64,000 nt of DNA from Planctomycetota bacterium (GTDB lineage Bacteria; Planctomycetota; UBA8108; SXIK01), in assembly GCA_965223845.1 (NCBI GenBank), contig CBDCXR010000004.1, positions 128,001 through 192,000 of the forward strand. Direction: 5' to 3'. A program made the position numbers and the translations under genes. Positions 49,762 to 60,578 of this stretch are shown piece by piece. How positions within the stretch are numbered: the first letter of the stretch is position 1; each line of letters starts with the position of its first letter. Under the pieces are notes generated by a model, which was not told the DNA's origin, did no database searches, and saw only the letters and a program-made list of their open reading frames with translations.

Positions 49762-52461
49762 ATGAGTGCTCTCAATCTCGGACGACTCTTGGGGCTTCTC
49801 TTCGCAATGGTCGCTGCGCTCGCGCCGGTCAACGGGGCGGAGCCGGGAGGCATGCTCAAGAACTCGACGTTCCTCGGCGGAATCGGCGACGACGAAGGAC
49901 TTCGGATCGCACTCGATGCGGACGGGAACATCTACTTGACCGGCAGGACTCGATCGCAGGAATTCGCCGGAGAAGGCGTCGAGCATTCCGGCGGAACGGA
50001 CGTCTTTCTCGCCCGGCTGTCGCCGGACTGGAGCGAGCTCGAGGTCGTCACTCTCGGGGGCCCGGGGGACGACACACCGACCGCCATCGATGCGCTAGAC
50101 GATGGGCGTGTGATTGTCGCGGGCCACGCCGGCCGCGACTTCCCGACCACCGAAGGCGTGTTCCAGCGCGACCACGTCTCCGGGCTCGATCTGTTCGTCG
50201 CGGTGTTCGACGGTGAGCTGGAGCCAACCTACGTCAGCTATGTCGGCGGGGCGGGGAACGAAGAGCTGGCGCGTGCGGACATCTCGCCCGACGGGACGGT
50301 ATTCATGACGGGGTTCACGTCGTCCCACAGCAGCCGCGACGATCCGTTTCCGACTACACCGGGCGCGATTCAAGAATCCCACGGCGGAGGCACTTGGGAC
50401 GCGTTCTTCGTCGAGTTTCGACCGGACGCGACGCTTTCGCCGGCAGAGCAGCTCGTCTACTCGACGTATCTCGGTGGGTCGGGCAACGAGTTCGAGACTC
50501 GCGGCTCGCATGGAGTCGCGCGCCGCGACGACGGTCTCGTCGTGCTTGTGGGTCAGACGGGCAGCGCCGACTTTCCGACGACGGGGAACGCACAGCAGGG
50601 AAACTTTCGCGGTGTCTTCGATGGTTACGTCACGGTTCTCCGTCCGGACGAACGACTGTCCCGAGAAGAGCAGCTGGTCTATAGCACGTACTTCGGAGGT
50701 GGCGCAGATGACGCAACCAAGGATGTGACTTGGCTTCGAAGCGGCGGATTGGCGGTCACGGGCTGGAGCTGGTCGTCGGATCTCCCTGGTGCCGACAATC
50801 GACACAACGGCGGCAACGACGGATTCGTCTTGGTTCTCGACGCCGAGTTCTCTCCGGTCTTGACGAGTTTCTTCGGCGGCTCGGAGTTCGATACGCCGAC
50901 CAAGATCGTCGAGGCGCCGAACGGCGATTTCTTTATCTGTGGCCGCACGGGCTCCGGCGATTTTCCGGCGATCAGCGCGATCTGTCCGTTTCGAGACTCG
51001 CAGGATCAGGCGATCTTCGTCCGGTACCGGCCGGACCTCGGGCTCGTCCCGGAGGCGCGTCTCATCTTGTCCACGCCTCTGGGAGGAGCGAGCGAGCACG
51101 CCGCGGGGCGCGACTACGCGCTCGATCTCGTGCCCCTCGCTGACGAAACCGTCCTTGTCTTCGGTCTCACCGCCGACCTCGAGTACCCGGCGTTCGAGGA
51201 CGCGATCCAACCGACGTTCGGCGGCGACCGGGACGCGTTCCTCGCGCAGATCGACCCCAGGCCGCCGACCGCGTCGTTCACGGCGAGACCGGAGTTCGGG
51301 CTTGTGCCGCTCGAGTGCGAGCTCGAGGCGAGCGGTACGTCGACCTTCGAAGGGACCGAGCTGACTGAGTTCGCGTGGGGCTTCGGGGACGGATCCACCG
51401 GCGAGGGAGCGCAAGTCTCGCACACGTTCGGTCGAACGCCCGGCGAAAATCCTGACGAGAGCGACGTCTGCGCCGGAGCGGGCCGATACCTGGTCACACT
51501 TACGGCGGAGAACAACATCGGAGCGGCGCACTCGAAGACTCTCGACGTGACCGCGGCGCTCCCGTCGTCTCCGCCCGACGGCTGGGTTTCGGCCGATGTC
51601 GGAGCTCCGAGGTTTCCCGGGGCGGCACGAATGCTGACCGATGGACCGTCGCCGTCGGTCGCACTGTGCGCCGGAGGTGGCTCCATCCGCTCGGGCAGCC
51701 CGGAGTTTCACTTCCTGCACCGATCCGTATCCGGTGACTTCGACCTATCCGCGCGGATCGACGTGGTCGCCGGAGCGGAGTGGCCGGCTCAGGTCGCGAC
51801 CGGACTTCTCGTTCGCGCCGGGCTCGACGCGAGTCGCGTGAACTACGTCGGAATTCAAATCGAGCGAACGTCGAGGCTCGAGAGCGCGAAGCCGCTTCTC
51901 AAGATTCGCTCGCGCGGATCCGATGGCAACGGCGTCGAGGATATCGCCGAGCTGGACGAGATCGCCTCGTGGCTGCGCGTGACGCGCACGGGCGCGACGT
52001 TTTCGTTCTTCACGTCGGAGGACGGAGCGACCTGGGAAGCCGCGGGAGCGTCCGCCGAGCTGGAGGGTCCCGTGCTCGCCGGAGTCACGCTCTTCAAGGT
52101 CGACCGGACGGAAGCGTTCGAGCCCGTCGGCGCGGTGGTTTCGAGCCTCGAGCTGACGGAGGGCGGCGGGACGACGTTTCGGCGCGGTGATTCGAACGCG
52201 GACGGCGGCTTCAACGTGGCGGACGCCCTCTACACGCTGAATTGGCTCTTCGACCGCGGGCTCGAGCCGCCGTGTTTCGACAGCGCCGACGCCAACGACG
52301 ACGGCGAGATCAATCTCGCCGACCCCGTGGGAGCGCTCGAGTGGCTCTTCTCGGATCGACCGGCTCCGCCGCCGCCGCACGCCGACTGCGGGTTTGACCC
52401 GACGGGGGGCGACGAGTTCGAGTGCGAGTCTTTTCCGCCGTGCGAGACGCCCGGCGGCTAG
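49762..52461 (+). CDS. secreted SBBP beta-propeller / PKD / ConA-lectin-like / dockerin-like multidomain protein
   Basis: Signal peptide, repeated YSTYLGGSG.E/D…DFPTT…DAF (SBBP), WGFGDGSTG…SHTF…G.Y.VTLT (PKD), WLRVTRTG…SEDG..W, FRRGDSNADG…DSADANDDG. Confidence 0.88.
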   Translation: MSALNLGRLLGLLFAMVAALAPVNGAEPGGMLKNSTFLGGIGDDEGLRIALDADGNIYLTGRTRSQEFAGEGVEHSGGTDVFLARLSPDWSELEVVTLGGPGDDTPTAIDALDDGRVIVAGHAGRDFPTTEGVFQRDHVSGLDLFVAVFDGELEPTYVSYVGGAGNEELARADISPDGTVFMTGFTSSHSSRDDPFPTTPGAIQESHGGGTWDAFFVEFRPDATLSPAEQLVYSTYLGGSGNEFETRGSHGVARRDDGLVVLVGQTGSADFPTTGNAQQGNFRGVFDGYVTVLRPDERLSREEQLVYSTYFGGGADDATKDVTWLRSGGLAVTGWSWSSDLPGADNRHNGGNDGFVLVLDAEFSPVLTSFFGGSEFDTPTKIVEAPNGDFFICGRTGSGDFPAISAICPFRDSQDQAIFVRYRPDLGLVPEARLILSTPLGGASEHAAGRDYALDLVPLADETVLVFGLTADLEYPAFEDAIQPTFGGDRDAFLAQIDPRPPTASFTARPEFGLVPLECELEASGTSTFEGTELTEFAWGFGDGSTGEGAQVSHTFGRTPGENPDESDVCAGAGRYLVTLTAENNIGAAHSKTLDVTAALPSSPPDGWVSADVGAPRFPGAARMLTDGPSPSVALCAGGGSIRSGSPEFHFLHRSVSGDFDLSARIDVVAGAEWPAQVATGLLVRAGLDASRVNYVGIQIERTSRLESAKPLLKIRSRGSDGNGVEDIAELDEIASWLRVTRTGATFSFFTSEDGATWEAAGASAELEGPVLAGVTLFKVDRTEAFEPVGAVVSSLELTEGGGTTFRRGDSNADGGFNVADALYTLNWLFDRGLEPPCFDSADANDDGEINLADPVGALEWLFSDRPAPPPPHADCGFDPTGGDEFECESFPPCETPGG

Positions 52462-52583
52462 CGCGGACTTCTCACCAGATTCTACTCCGCCGCCGTATGT
52501 CGCGAGCTGAGCGTCTAATCCCGAATTATTCATGAGCCATCTACTGCGAGCGCGTATGCATCCCGTCTGGACGGCGTTACCGA

Positions 52584-52839
52584 ATCGGATTCGATCCGGG
52601 GTGGGTGAAACCCACGGAGTGAAACACTCGCCTCCGGTCGAATCCGATGATCCTCACGGTCCTTACAGCACGCCCCCGGTCAGTGCGTCGCCACCTCCTT
52701 GTCCTTTCCCGACTTTCGGCGGCGACGCTCTATCTGCGGAGCGGCAACCTTGGCTGTCGGCCGGTTTCGCAACGTTGGGGTAAAGCACCGCAGGCGGAGG
52801 CCCGAACAACGCCGGCCGTGACTCCCTGCCACGGCCGGC
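52584..52839. other. structured intergenic region (three-way junction plus three further stems; ncRNA or REP-derived)
   Basis: ATCGGATTCGA/TCGAATCCGAT encloses GTGGG-TGAAA-CCCAC and GAGTG-AAA-CACTC. Further stems GCGTCGCC/GGCGACGC, CTGCGG/CCGCAG and GCCGGCCGTG/CACGGCCGGC. Confidence 0.5.
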
Positions 52840-52881
52840 TGATCGACGGACTACCGGTCTTGTCGGCGCCGACTGTCGTTC

Positions 52882-54189
52882 CTATCGAGCGAAACGAACG
52901 GTCGGTAGGCCATGCTTCTCGAGCCTGCGGATGCCTCGACGCGAGTGGTTCAGCTCGATCCAGCGCGGATTCGGGCGCAAGTTCTCGGAGACTGCGTCAA
53001 AGAGCGTTTTACCAGCAGGAAGGCTGACGTCGGCGACGTAGGCGGTGACATGCTGCCGGTTCTCGTCGATCGTGTACCGAACGTCGAGATTTCGAGCACC
53101 GCACGTCGCGAGCCACGCAAAGGCCTTTGCGCACACCCGTCCGAATGCACCGTAGGTCGTTTCGTCGTATTCGAACGCGGCGAGGCCGCCGTCCTTCTCG
53201 TCGGGGAATCCCAACTGGATCAGGTACCGATTGACACCGGCCGGGTCGAACATCACTTCGGTTTGAGCTTCGACTCCGACAAACACGTCGACGGGAACCG
53301 ATCCGGGGTTCGCGAAATCTCCGTGAAAGGGAACCCAGTTTAGGCTCAGGTAGGTGACGTTCGAGTTATCCGGATCGAAGATTCTCGAATCGTCGAGACC
53401 TTGAAGAGTGAGAGCCGACATGCGAGTGAGCCCGGGGCTGGCGGATACGGACATGCCGATCTTCGAGCCCGGAGGAGCGGCCTCGACGGCGTCTCCGAGC
53501 AGCTCGATGTGGTCGAACGCTTGCTCGTCCTCGTTCCAGCCGAGGTCGATAGCGACGATCTCGTAGCCCGCTGCTTCCGCGCGCTCCCGGAATGCGGTGT
53601 TTTGCCCATCGACAGCTCTCGAAAAGTCGGTCGCCAAGATGAACTGCGGCCGCGGCGCGACGTCCGCGACGTCCGGAAGCAGAGCTAACGGACTCAGCAG
53701 GAGGAAGGTCTTGAAATCGATTCCCGCGCGGTACCAGTTTCTGGCCGCATCGACCGCTGCGGTTCCTTGCGTCGTCGCGGAGAAGATGACTCCCGGATGG
53801 CGCTCGTCGGAGTGGAGACCGCCTAAGCTTCCCGCCGTTCCCTCGATGAACGGTGTGGTTTCGACGGACGACGTCAGAACGAGAATCCTCGTGATTCCAC
53901 GAGATTTCATGTCGACGACGATGTCTTCCATCTCGTCGACCACCGCGTCTAGACCGTCTCCGGTTCGTTGGAGGAGAACGCTCTCGAATTCGTGCACCGG
54001 GAAGAACTGCGTGAGGCCTCCGAGAAGTTCATCGACGCCGGAATCGAAGAGCTGTATGAACCCGACCTTGCGTGGGCATCGGTCGGCAACTTGCAGATCG
54101 GATTGGGAAAACACCGGCGAGATCGACGGAGCGAGAGCCGCTACCAGAAACATCGCCAGCGTGAGAAGTCTCGAAAGACGTCGTCGCAT
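52882..54189 (-). CDS. secreted hypothetical protein (possibly periplasmic-binding-protein-like alpha/beta fold)
   Basis: ATG after GGAGGG, signal peptide, alternating alpha/beta pattern, no recognisable catalytic motif. Confidence 0.7.
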   Translation of the reverse strand: MRRRLSRLLTLAMFLVAALAPSISPVFSQSDLQVADRCPRKVGFIQLFDSGVDELLGGLTQFFPVHEFESVLLQRTGDGLDAVVDEMEDIVVDMKSRGITRILVLTSSVETTPFIEGTAGSLGGLHSDERHPGVIFSATTQGTAAVDAARNWYRAGIDFKTFLLLSPLALLPDVADVAPRPQFILATDFSRAVDGQNTAFRERAEAAGYEIVAIDLGWNEDEQAFDHIELLGDAVEAAPPGSKIGMSVSASPGLTRMSALTLQGLDDSRIFDPDNSNVTYLSLNWVPFHGDFANPGSVPVDVFVGVEAQTEVMFDPAGVNRYLIQLGFPDEKDGGLAAFEYDETTYGAFGRVCAKAFAWLATCGARNLDVRYTIDENRQHVTAYVADVSLPAGKTLFDAVSENLRPNPRWIELNHSRRGIRRLEKHGLPTVRFAR

Positions 54190-54744
54190 CGAAAAACCCT
54201 CCAAGGTATGGGTCGGTTGGATCGACCTGAACGGAAGTGGAGGCAGTCGTTCACGTTAACAACCACCTTTGGACATGGACCGGTCATGGTTTCGCCGAAA
54301 TTGCTGTTTTCGTTCGCGGGTCTCGGTTGGGCGCAGACGTCTGTCCGCCGATCGCAGTTCTCGAGATCTTCGTGTCGGCGCGCACCAAGGAGTGAGACCC
54401 GACGGAGAACGTCCCCGCGCACCACCCGGCGCAGCGGCCGCGGAATGCTGCAGGACGGCCTTTGGCTCAAGTGCTTTTAAGTTCTCTGCTTACGGCCCCG
54501 TGAGCGAGGGGCGGAGGAACCGCGTCATCGACGCGGCAGCCCTCTTCGCCGCGTGGCGAGGGATCGTGCTCTGGCAACCGGCTGCACATCTCAGCGCTGG
54601 TTGACTATGATGAGGAGGCGACGCTCGGCCCCCTCGAGCGTCACGAGATTTCCCAGAACATTCGCGTCGATCCCGAGTGTCCGCATGCGATGGACCAACG
54701 CCACAACGACGCGTGGGGCAGGATTGACGTGGACGATGAGGTCG

Positions 54745-55308
54745 ATGAAGCCGTCGGATAGCTCGATCACTCGCCTATTGGATGAGGCGCGCAATGGCGA
54801 TGTACGGGCGCGGCAGGGACTCATCGTCGTCACCTACGACCATCTGAGGCAGATGGCACGCGGCTTCCTCCGTGGTGAGCGCAGACACCACACGCTGGGC
54901 GCGACCGAGCTTGTTCACGAGATTCAGATCCGGCTCTTGGGGCGCGACGAGGTCCCGGGTCGTCACCGCGGGGAGTTCTACCGCTACGTCGGCCTGGCCA
55001 TGCGCCATCTGCTCGTCGACTACGCTCGCTCGCGACGGCGGCGCGAGCCGATCCAACGACTCGAGGAGCGACCGGACCGCGCGGCCAGGGCCGAGATCGG
55101 CAGCCGGGAGTACCTCGTCGAGATCGGGGAAGCTCTCGAGCGTCTGGAGAAGCTAGACGAACGGAAGTGCCGGGTGGTCGAATTGAGATTCTTCGCCGGG
55201 CTCGAGGGAGATGAAGTGGCTGAGGCCCTCGGCGTGTCGCCGTCGACCGTCGACCGGGATTGGCGCGTCGCCCGTCGCTGGCTCTACAAGGAGCTGATCG
55301 ACGGATGA
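54745..55308 (+). CDS. ECF sigma factor, STK-associated type (TIGR02999-like)
   Basis: ITRLLDEARNGD…YDHLRQMA…HTLGATELVHE…AMRHLLVDYAR…VVELRFFAGL…VDRDWRVARRWL. Confidence 0.93.
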   Translation: MKPSDSSITRLLDEARNGDVRARQGLIVVTYDHLRQMARGFLRGERRHHTLGATELVHEIQIRLLGRDEVPGRHRGEFYRYVGLAMRHLLVDYARSRRRREPIQRLEERPDRAARAEIGSREYLVEIGEALERLEKLDERKCRVVELRFFAGLEGDEVAEALGVSPSTVDRDWRVARRWLYKELIDG

Positions 55309-58187
55309 ATGAAGAGCGCGAGCGGCGCGCCCTCGAAATCTCCGAACGATTGGTCGATCAAGATTCGTCGCGGCGCTCCGAAGATCTCGACCGAGAGTGC
55401 GGAGACGACGGCGAGCTCCGCCGTCGAGTCGAGGATCTCTTGACCGCCGAGTCGCCGGCCGAGTTCCTTCAGCCGTTAGGTTTCGCGACACTCGCCGAGA
55501 TTGTCGACGAGACACGACTTGTCTTCGGGCCCGGCGACACTCTCGACAAGTTCGTCATCGAGCGTCTCATCGGAAGCGGCGGAATGAGTCAGGTGTACCT
55601 GGCGAAAGATTCGCGGCTGGAGCGCCACGTCGCCATCAAGATTCTGTCGCCGCACCTGAACGGACCTACTTGGCGCCGCCGCCTTGCCATCGAGTCGAGG
55701 GCGATCTCTGCGCTCAAACACCCGAACGTGTGTACCCTTTATGATGTCGGTCGTGAAGACTCGGTCGAGTTCCTCGTCATGGAGTACGTCGAGGGGGAGA
55801 CCCTCGCTGAACGCCTGGCTCGGAAGACCCCGGTTCCTCTCGACGAGATTGTCAGAATCGCCCTCGAGCTGACTCGCGCGCTGGGCGCTGCCCACGAGAT
55901 CGGAATCGTTCACCGGGATCTCAAACCGAGCAATATCGTCCTTTCTGATTCGGGCGTTAAGGTGCTCGACTTCGGGGTTGCCAAGTTCAACTCGCCGCCG
56001 ACTCTCCGTGACGCGCAGGGATCGGCAGCCGCGGACATCGCCTCCCGATCGGGCCTGATCCTGGGCACTGTCTCCTACATGAGTCCGGAGCAGGCTCGTG
56101 GCCAGCGGATCGACCAGCGTACGGACATCTGGTCCTTCGGTTGCGTTCTGTTCGAATTGCTCGCACGCAAGCGGGCGTTCGATGGGAAGACGGACGGTGA
56201 CTGCCTCGTCGCGTGCCTTGAAAGAGAGCCTGATTGGGAGGCATTGCCATCGACAACGCCCCCGCGCATTCGTCTTCTCGTCGAACGCTGTCTGCGCAAG
56301 GACGCCGAGTTGCGCCTCCACCACATGGCCGACGCCCGCCTCGAGTTGGAGGACTCGACCGACGCAGAAGCTGTCGCCGAAAGGCTGTCGGCTCGACCCT
56401 TGACGACGTGGCGACGACTCCTTCCGTGGATCATTACTTCCGTTGCACTCGCGCTGTGTGTGATCCAGCTCTTTGTGCCACGGGTTCGGTCTCCCTCGGA
56501 TGGTTCAGAGCGCCGCGAGCTAAGCATTATCCTTCCAGAGGACTCGCCGATCGTCGACGAGCGATCGCTCCCGCTCAGTATCGGAAGACCGTCGATCGCG
56601 ATGTCACCCGATGGTTCGAAGATCGTCTATGTGGCGGCTCGTTTCCCATCCGCCGGTCGCCATCTATGCTTGCGCTCGCTCGACGCCTTCGACGTCATTC
56701 CCATCGAGGGCACGGAGGAAGCATGCGGACCTTTTTTCTCGCCGGACGGAGTTCGAGTGGCGTTTTTTGCGCGTGAACGACTCCATACCGTCTCGCTCCA
56801 GGGAGGTCGACCTACTACACTTTGCGATGCTCCGAATCCGTACGGAGGTACGTGGAGCGCCGACGGAACGATCGTGTTCGCCACGGACTTCGGAAGCCAC
56901 TTGCGCCGAGTCTCTGAGAATGGCGGCACCGTGGAGGACGTGGCGCCTCGTCGCGGCGAGCTGATGGGAGGATTGCGGGGAAACTTCCACTGGCCTCAGT
57001 TCTTGCGGAATCGAAAGGCTGTGCTCGTCGGAACGGGACCACTCGACCATCGCCTGGAGGTGGTCTCGTTGGTCGGAGGAGAAATCCTGTCGAGAATCGA
57101 CGAGCCCGGTACCGGTCCCCTTCTTGCCGGTTCAAGTCATTTGCTTTTCGGACGGTCCGGTGACGTGTACGCACTTCCGTTCGACTTCACGAGCCTCAAG
57201 CCAACTGGCCGGGCGTTTCCGTTCGTAGAGGGAGTGAGAACTTCTAGTCTAGCGACCGGCGCGTCCCACCAGACCTCCGTCGCCGCAGATGGTACGATCG
57301 CGTACGTTCCAGGCCCTACGCTCGATCTGGGAACGCTTGTCTGGGTCGAGACGAGCGGCGAGATCGTCAGCGCAGTCGAAGGTCAGCGCGTTTACGGGGC
57401 ACTGCAGCTCTCGCCGGACGGCGACCGTGTTGCCGCCACCGTGCACGACCTTAAGCTAGAGGTTTGGATCTTCGATCTCTCCGGGGAGGCACGGCCTCGG
57501 AGAATCAGCGGGCGCGAGCCGAGTTGGGCTCCAGTTTGGGATTCCAAGGGGACGCGAGTCATCTACACGGCGATGCTCGGGGGCCGATTGACCCTCTTGT
57601 CCTGCCCGGTCGACGGTGTCGGCGACCGCGAAGATCTGCTTGGAGACTGGGACGACGGATTTCTAAACAAGCCGAGAGACGTATCGCCGGACGGCGAATG
57701 GCTCCTGTTCGACGCCGCGAAAGCCACTGACCGTGGTCTCGATGTCTGGGCGTATCGCTTCGCCGACCGAACCATACACCCGATTCTCGTCTCCGATGAA
57801 AGCGAAAGTGTACCGACCTTTTCGAACGACGGAACCTCGATCGCATACACGGCTGGAGACGAAAAGGGATATCGTGTGTTCGTGTGCCCTTTTCCCGGAG
57901 GAGACCCGAAGGTTCAGGTTTCGAGCGGTCGTGGTGAGGAGCCCGTCTGGTCGGGCGACGACAGTCGAATTTACTATCGAGACGGAAACGAATGGTTTGC
58001 CGGTACTCGCAGCGGCGACGCGGGGACGAAGCTGTTTAGAGGCCCCTACTTGAACGTGCCGGGCGTGTCCTACGACTACGATGCCTCCGAGGATCGGTTC
58101 CTCGTCATCCAAGGCATCGCGCACGACAGGCCTCAGCGGGAGATTCGCGTGATCTCAAACGGATTACGATTGCTCAGCGCCAAGTGA
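55305..58187 (+). CDS. Ser/Thr protein kinase with TM helix and TolB/PD40-like beta-propellers
   Basis: ATGA overlap with the sigma gene. IGSGGMSQVY, VAIK, HRDLKPSN, DFG, GTVSYMSPEQ, DIWSFG, TM helix, repeated SPDG units. Confidence 0.95.
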   Translation: MNEERERRALEISERLVDQDSSRRSEDLDRECGDDGELRRRVEDLLTAESPAEFLQPLGFATLAEIVDETRLVFGPGDTLDKFVIERLIGSGGMSQVYLAKDSRLERHVAIKILSPHLNGPTWRRRLAIESRAISALKHPNVCTLYDVGREDSVEFLVMEYVEGETLAERLARKTPVPLDEIVRIALELTRALGAAHEIGIVHRDLKPSNIVLSDSGVKVLDFGVAKFNSPPTLRDAQGSAAADIASRSGLILGTVSYMSPEQARGQRIDQRTDIWSFGCVLFELLARKRAFDGKTDGDCLVACLEREPDWEALPSTTPPRIRLLVERCLRKDAELRLHHMADARLELEDSTDAEAVAERLSARPLTTWRRLLPWIITSVALALCVIQLFVPRVRSPSDGSERRELSIILPEDSPIVDERSLPLSIGRPSIAMSPDGSKIVYVAARFPSAGRHLCLRSLDAFDVIPIEGTEEACGPFFSPDGVRVAFFARERLHTVSLQGGRPTTLCDAPNPYGGTWSADGTIVFATDFGSHLRRVSENGGTVEDVAPRRGELMGGLRGNFHWPQFLRNRKAVLVGTGPLDHRLEVVSLVGGEILSRIDEPGTGPLLAGSSHLLFGRSGDVYALPFDFTSLKPTGRAFPFVEGVRTSSLATGASHQTSVAADGTIAYVPGPTLDLGTLVWVETSGEIVSAVEGQRVYGALQLSPDGDRVAATVHDLKLEVWIFDLSGEARPRRISGREPSWAPVWDSKGTRVIYTAMLGGRLTLLSCPVDGVGDREDLLGDWDDGFLNKPRDVSPDGEWLLFDAAKATDRGLDVWAYRFADRTIHPILVSDESESVPTFSNDGTSIAYTAGDEKGYRVFVCPFPGGDPKVQVSSGRGEEPVWSGDDSRIYYRDGNEWFAGTRSGDAGTKLFRGPYLNVPGVSYDYDASEDRFLVIQGIAHDRPQREIRVISNGLRLLSAK

Positions 58188-58392
58188 CCCACGGGCCGGG
58201 CGAGGTACTCGACCTCCACCGCCGAAACGGGTCGCCGGCGGCGGAGCGTCCCGACTCGAGATTTGTGGATCGAGCCTCAGCCGTATCACGACACTGAGTG
58301 CGGTGATGGAGAGGAGCAGTACAGCGAGTCCGGGCCACCGCGCGAAGTCGACGCGAGCGATATAATCGCATCGGTCGCGCGGAGGAATCGCT

Positions 58393-60426
58393 GTGAGTCG
58401 AACCCTGCGGAGCGCTCGTGGGGGTGCTCCGATCAAACTGATCGCCTTGGTGCTCCTCACGGTGCTCGCGCCGAGCGTCCTCGTCACCGCGCTCGGTCTC
58501 GTCGCTGTCATCGAGGCGAATTCGTACGTCAGCGACGCGTTTCGGCGCCCGTACCGCGAGAAGGTCGAACGACTTCGCGGGCGACTGGACGAAGCTTGGA
58601 CCGAGCGGTTGCAGGCTTACGCGACGTATCTTCGCGCTGCGTCGGGGGAGCTCGAGGCGGTGATTCCGCGCCTCGCCGCAACCGATGCCAGCGTCCGCGG
58701 AGCCGCGCTCATCGTCGGTGACGAGGTGCGGGGCGTCTCGCTCGATCGGCCGCGCGTGCTCGTGCCGCAGAACGGAACCTCGGCCGAGCTGGCTGAGGTG
58801 TACGACCTGGCGTGGCGTCGCGGCGACGAGCGCGCGGCGCTCGGTGAGTTGCGTCGCGTCATCGCCGGAACCGACCGCGAGGACATTCTCGTCGAGGCGC
58901 TCCCGCTAGCGTCTCGGCTGAGTTATCGGTTGGGAGAGCTCGAGGCGGCCCTCGACGCATTGCGATGGGCGCACGCGCGATTCGGAAATACCGTCGACGA
59001 GATGGGAGTCGTCCGTGCCGTGCCGCTTCTTCTTCGACAGGCGGAGATCGAAAGCGAATCCACTCCGGCGGTGCCGCCCGTAGCGACTCTCCGTCGCGTC
59101 GCCGAGGCGATCCGCGACAACGCTCCATTCATGGAACGAGATCGCGTCGAGTTCTTCGCGGCGCAGCTCATGCGCTTGTCACCGTCAGCGATCGCACCGG
59201 TGATCGAGGGGGTTCTCGCCGCGCGGCCCGTTCGAGACGGGCCGCTTTCCGGAGACGTCGTGACGGCGATCGCACCGCAGCTCAGGTCCGGGACGCAGGA
59301 CGGACTCGATGTCGAATGGCGATTCGTGACGCCGGTCCACGGCGGCGCCGGGGCGCTCGATTTCGCCGTGTGGTACGGAGGCGAAAACCGAGAGATCCCT
59401 TGTCTCCTCCTCGATCGCGAGGCATTGCGGCGCGAGGTCGACGCGCACGCGGCCGCGGTCGGACTCGCGTCGGAGGGAATTCAGCTCGTTCGGCGACGAG
59501 ACGCGTCTCTCGACAGCGACGCCTGGTTCGTCGAGGCGCCGGCGCCGGACCCGCTGCGCGCCTACGAACTCGTGTTTTCACCTCCGGCGGGCGAGATCCC
59601 GCGTGAATTTCGCGGCTTCAACGTCATCTCGCTCGCGGCGTTCACGTGGGCGGTCATCCTCGCCGTCCTCGGCATCTTCGTCGGCGTCGGCTTCGCACTC
59701 CGAGCCGTCGCGAATGAAGTGAGAACGGCGCGGATCAAGACGGACTTCGTCAGCTTTGTCACCCACGAGCTCAAGACTCCTCTCACGGCGATTCGCATGT
59801 TCAGCGACACGATCCTCGAAGGGCGGCTCGAGAGCGAGGACGAGCAGCGCGAGTACATCGCACGAATCGATCGAGAAACTGAGCGTCTGTCGAGCCTCAT
59901 CGATCAGATCCTCGAGTACTCGAAGGTCGAGCGTCGGCAGAAGCAGTTTCAGTTCGTCCCGTGCGACATGCTGCAGATCGTGCGCGAGGCGATCGACATT
60001 TTCCACGATCACTATCAGGACGATCCGCGAGAAGTCGAGGTCAACAGCGCGCAACACATCTCGCGCATCAAGATGGACCGTGCGGCGATGACGGAGCTCG
60101 TTCTCAATCTGCTTTCGAACGCCGCGAAGTACTCGCCGAGCGATGAGAGGATCATCGTGAATCTCAGCGAATCCGTCTCCGAGATCTCGGTCGAGGTCGT
60201 CGATCGCGGCGTTGGCATCCGGAAGCGGGACCAAAAGAAGATCTTCGACCGATTCTACCGCGCCGACGATTACCTGACGCGCGAGGTCGACGGCACGGGC
60301 CTCGGCCTCACATTCTCGCGGTACATCGCGAAAGTTCACAACGGAGACATCAAGGTGGCGAGCCAGCGAGGCGGGGGAAGCAGCTTTACTCTCGTCCTGC
60401 GAAAGACTCACGTCCTCGCCGACTAG
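58393..60426 (+). CDS. sensor histidine kinase (HisKA + HATPase), large extracytoplasmic TPR-like sensor
   Basis: GTG after GGAGGA, two TM helices, FVTHELKTPLT, NLLSNAAKYS, DRGVGI, IFDRFYR, GTGLGL. Confidence 0.95.
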   Translation: MSRTLRSARGGAPIKLIALVLLTVLAPSVLVTALGLVAVIEANSYVSDAFRRPYREKVERLRGRLDEAWTERLQAYATYLRAASGELEAVIPRLAATDASVRGAALIVGDEVRGVSLDRPRVLVPQNGTSAELAEVYDLAWRRGDERAALGELRRVIAGTDREDILVEALPLASRLSYRLGELEAALDALRWAHARFGNTVDEMGVVRAVPLLLRQAEIESESTPAVPPVATLRRVAEAIRDNAPFMERDRVEFFAAQLMRLSPSAIAPVIEGVLAARPVRDGPLSGDVVTAIAPQLRSGTQDGLDVEWRFVTPVHGGAGALDFAVWYGGENREIPCLLLDREALRREVDAHAAAVGLASEGIQLVRRRDASLDSDAWFVEAPAPDPLRAYELVFSPPAGEIPREFRGFNVISLAAFTWAVILAVLGIFVGVGFALRAVANEVRTARIKTDFVSFVTHELKTPLTAIRMFSDTILEGRLESEDEQREYIARIDRETERLSSLIDQILEYSKVERRQKQFQFVPCDMLQIVREAIDIFHDHYQDDPREVEVNSAQHISRIKMDRAAMTELVLNLLSNAAKYSPSDERIIVNLSESVSEISVEVVDRGVGIRKRDQKKIFDRFYRADDYLTREVDGTGLGLTFSRYIAKVHNGDIKVASQRGGGSSFTLVLRKTHVLAD

Positions 60427-60578
60427 CGCCGCGCAAAGGATCTCTGACGGAGGAAGCGGGAGGGGTGCGTGGCTGGTTCCCGCAACCTCTGCTACAATCG
60501 CTATCGAGAGAGAGCGAAAAGAGAACAGAGGAGTCCGTCCGAAACCCGATTCGCCCCATCCGGTGAGGAGGCGCGCTC

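Noticed and set aside
52584-52660. Hammerhead ribozyme (GAAA loops and CCGATGA)
   Set aside because: The CUGANGA core is imperfect, and the order of core elements and stems does not fit any hammerhead topology.
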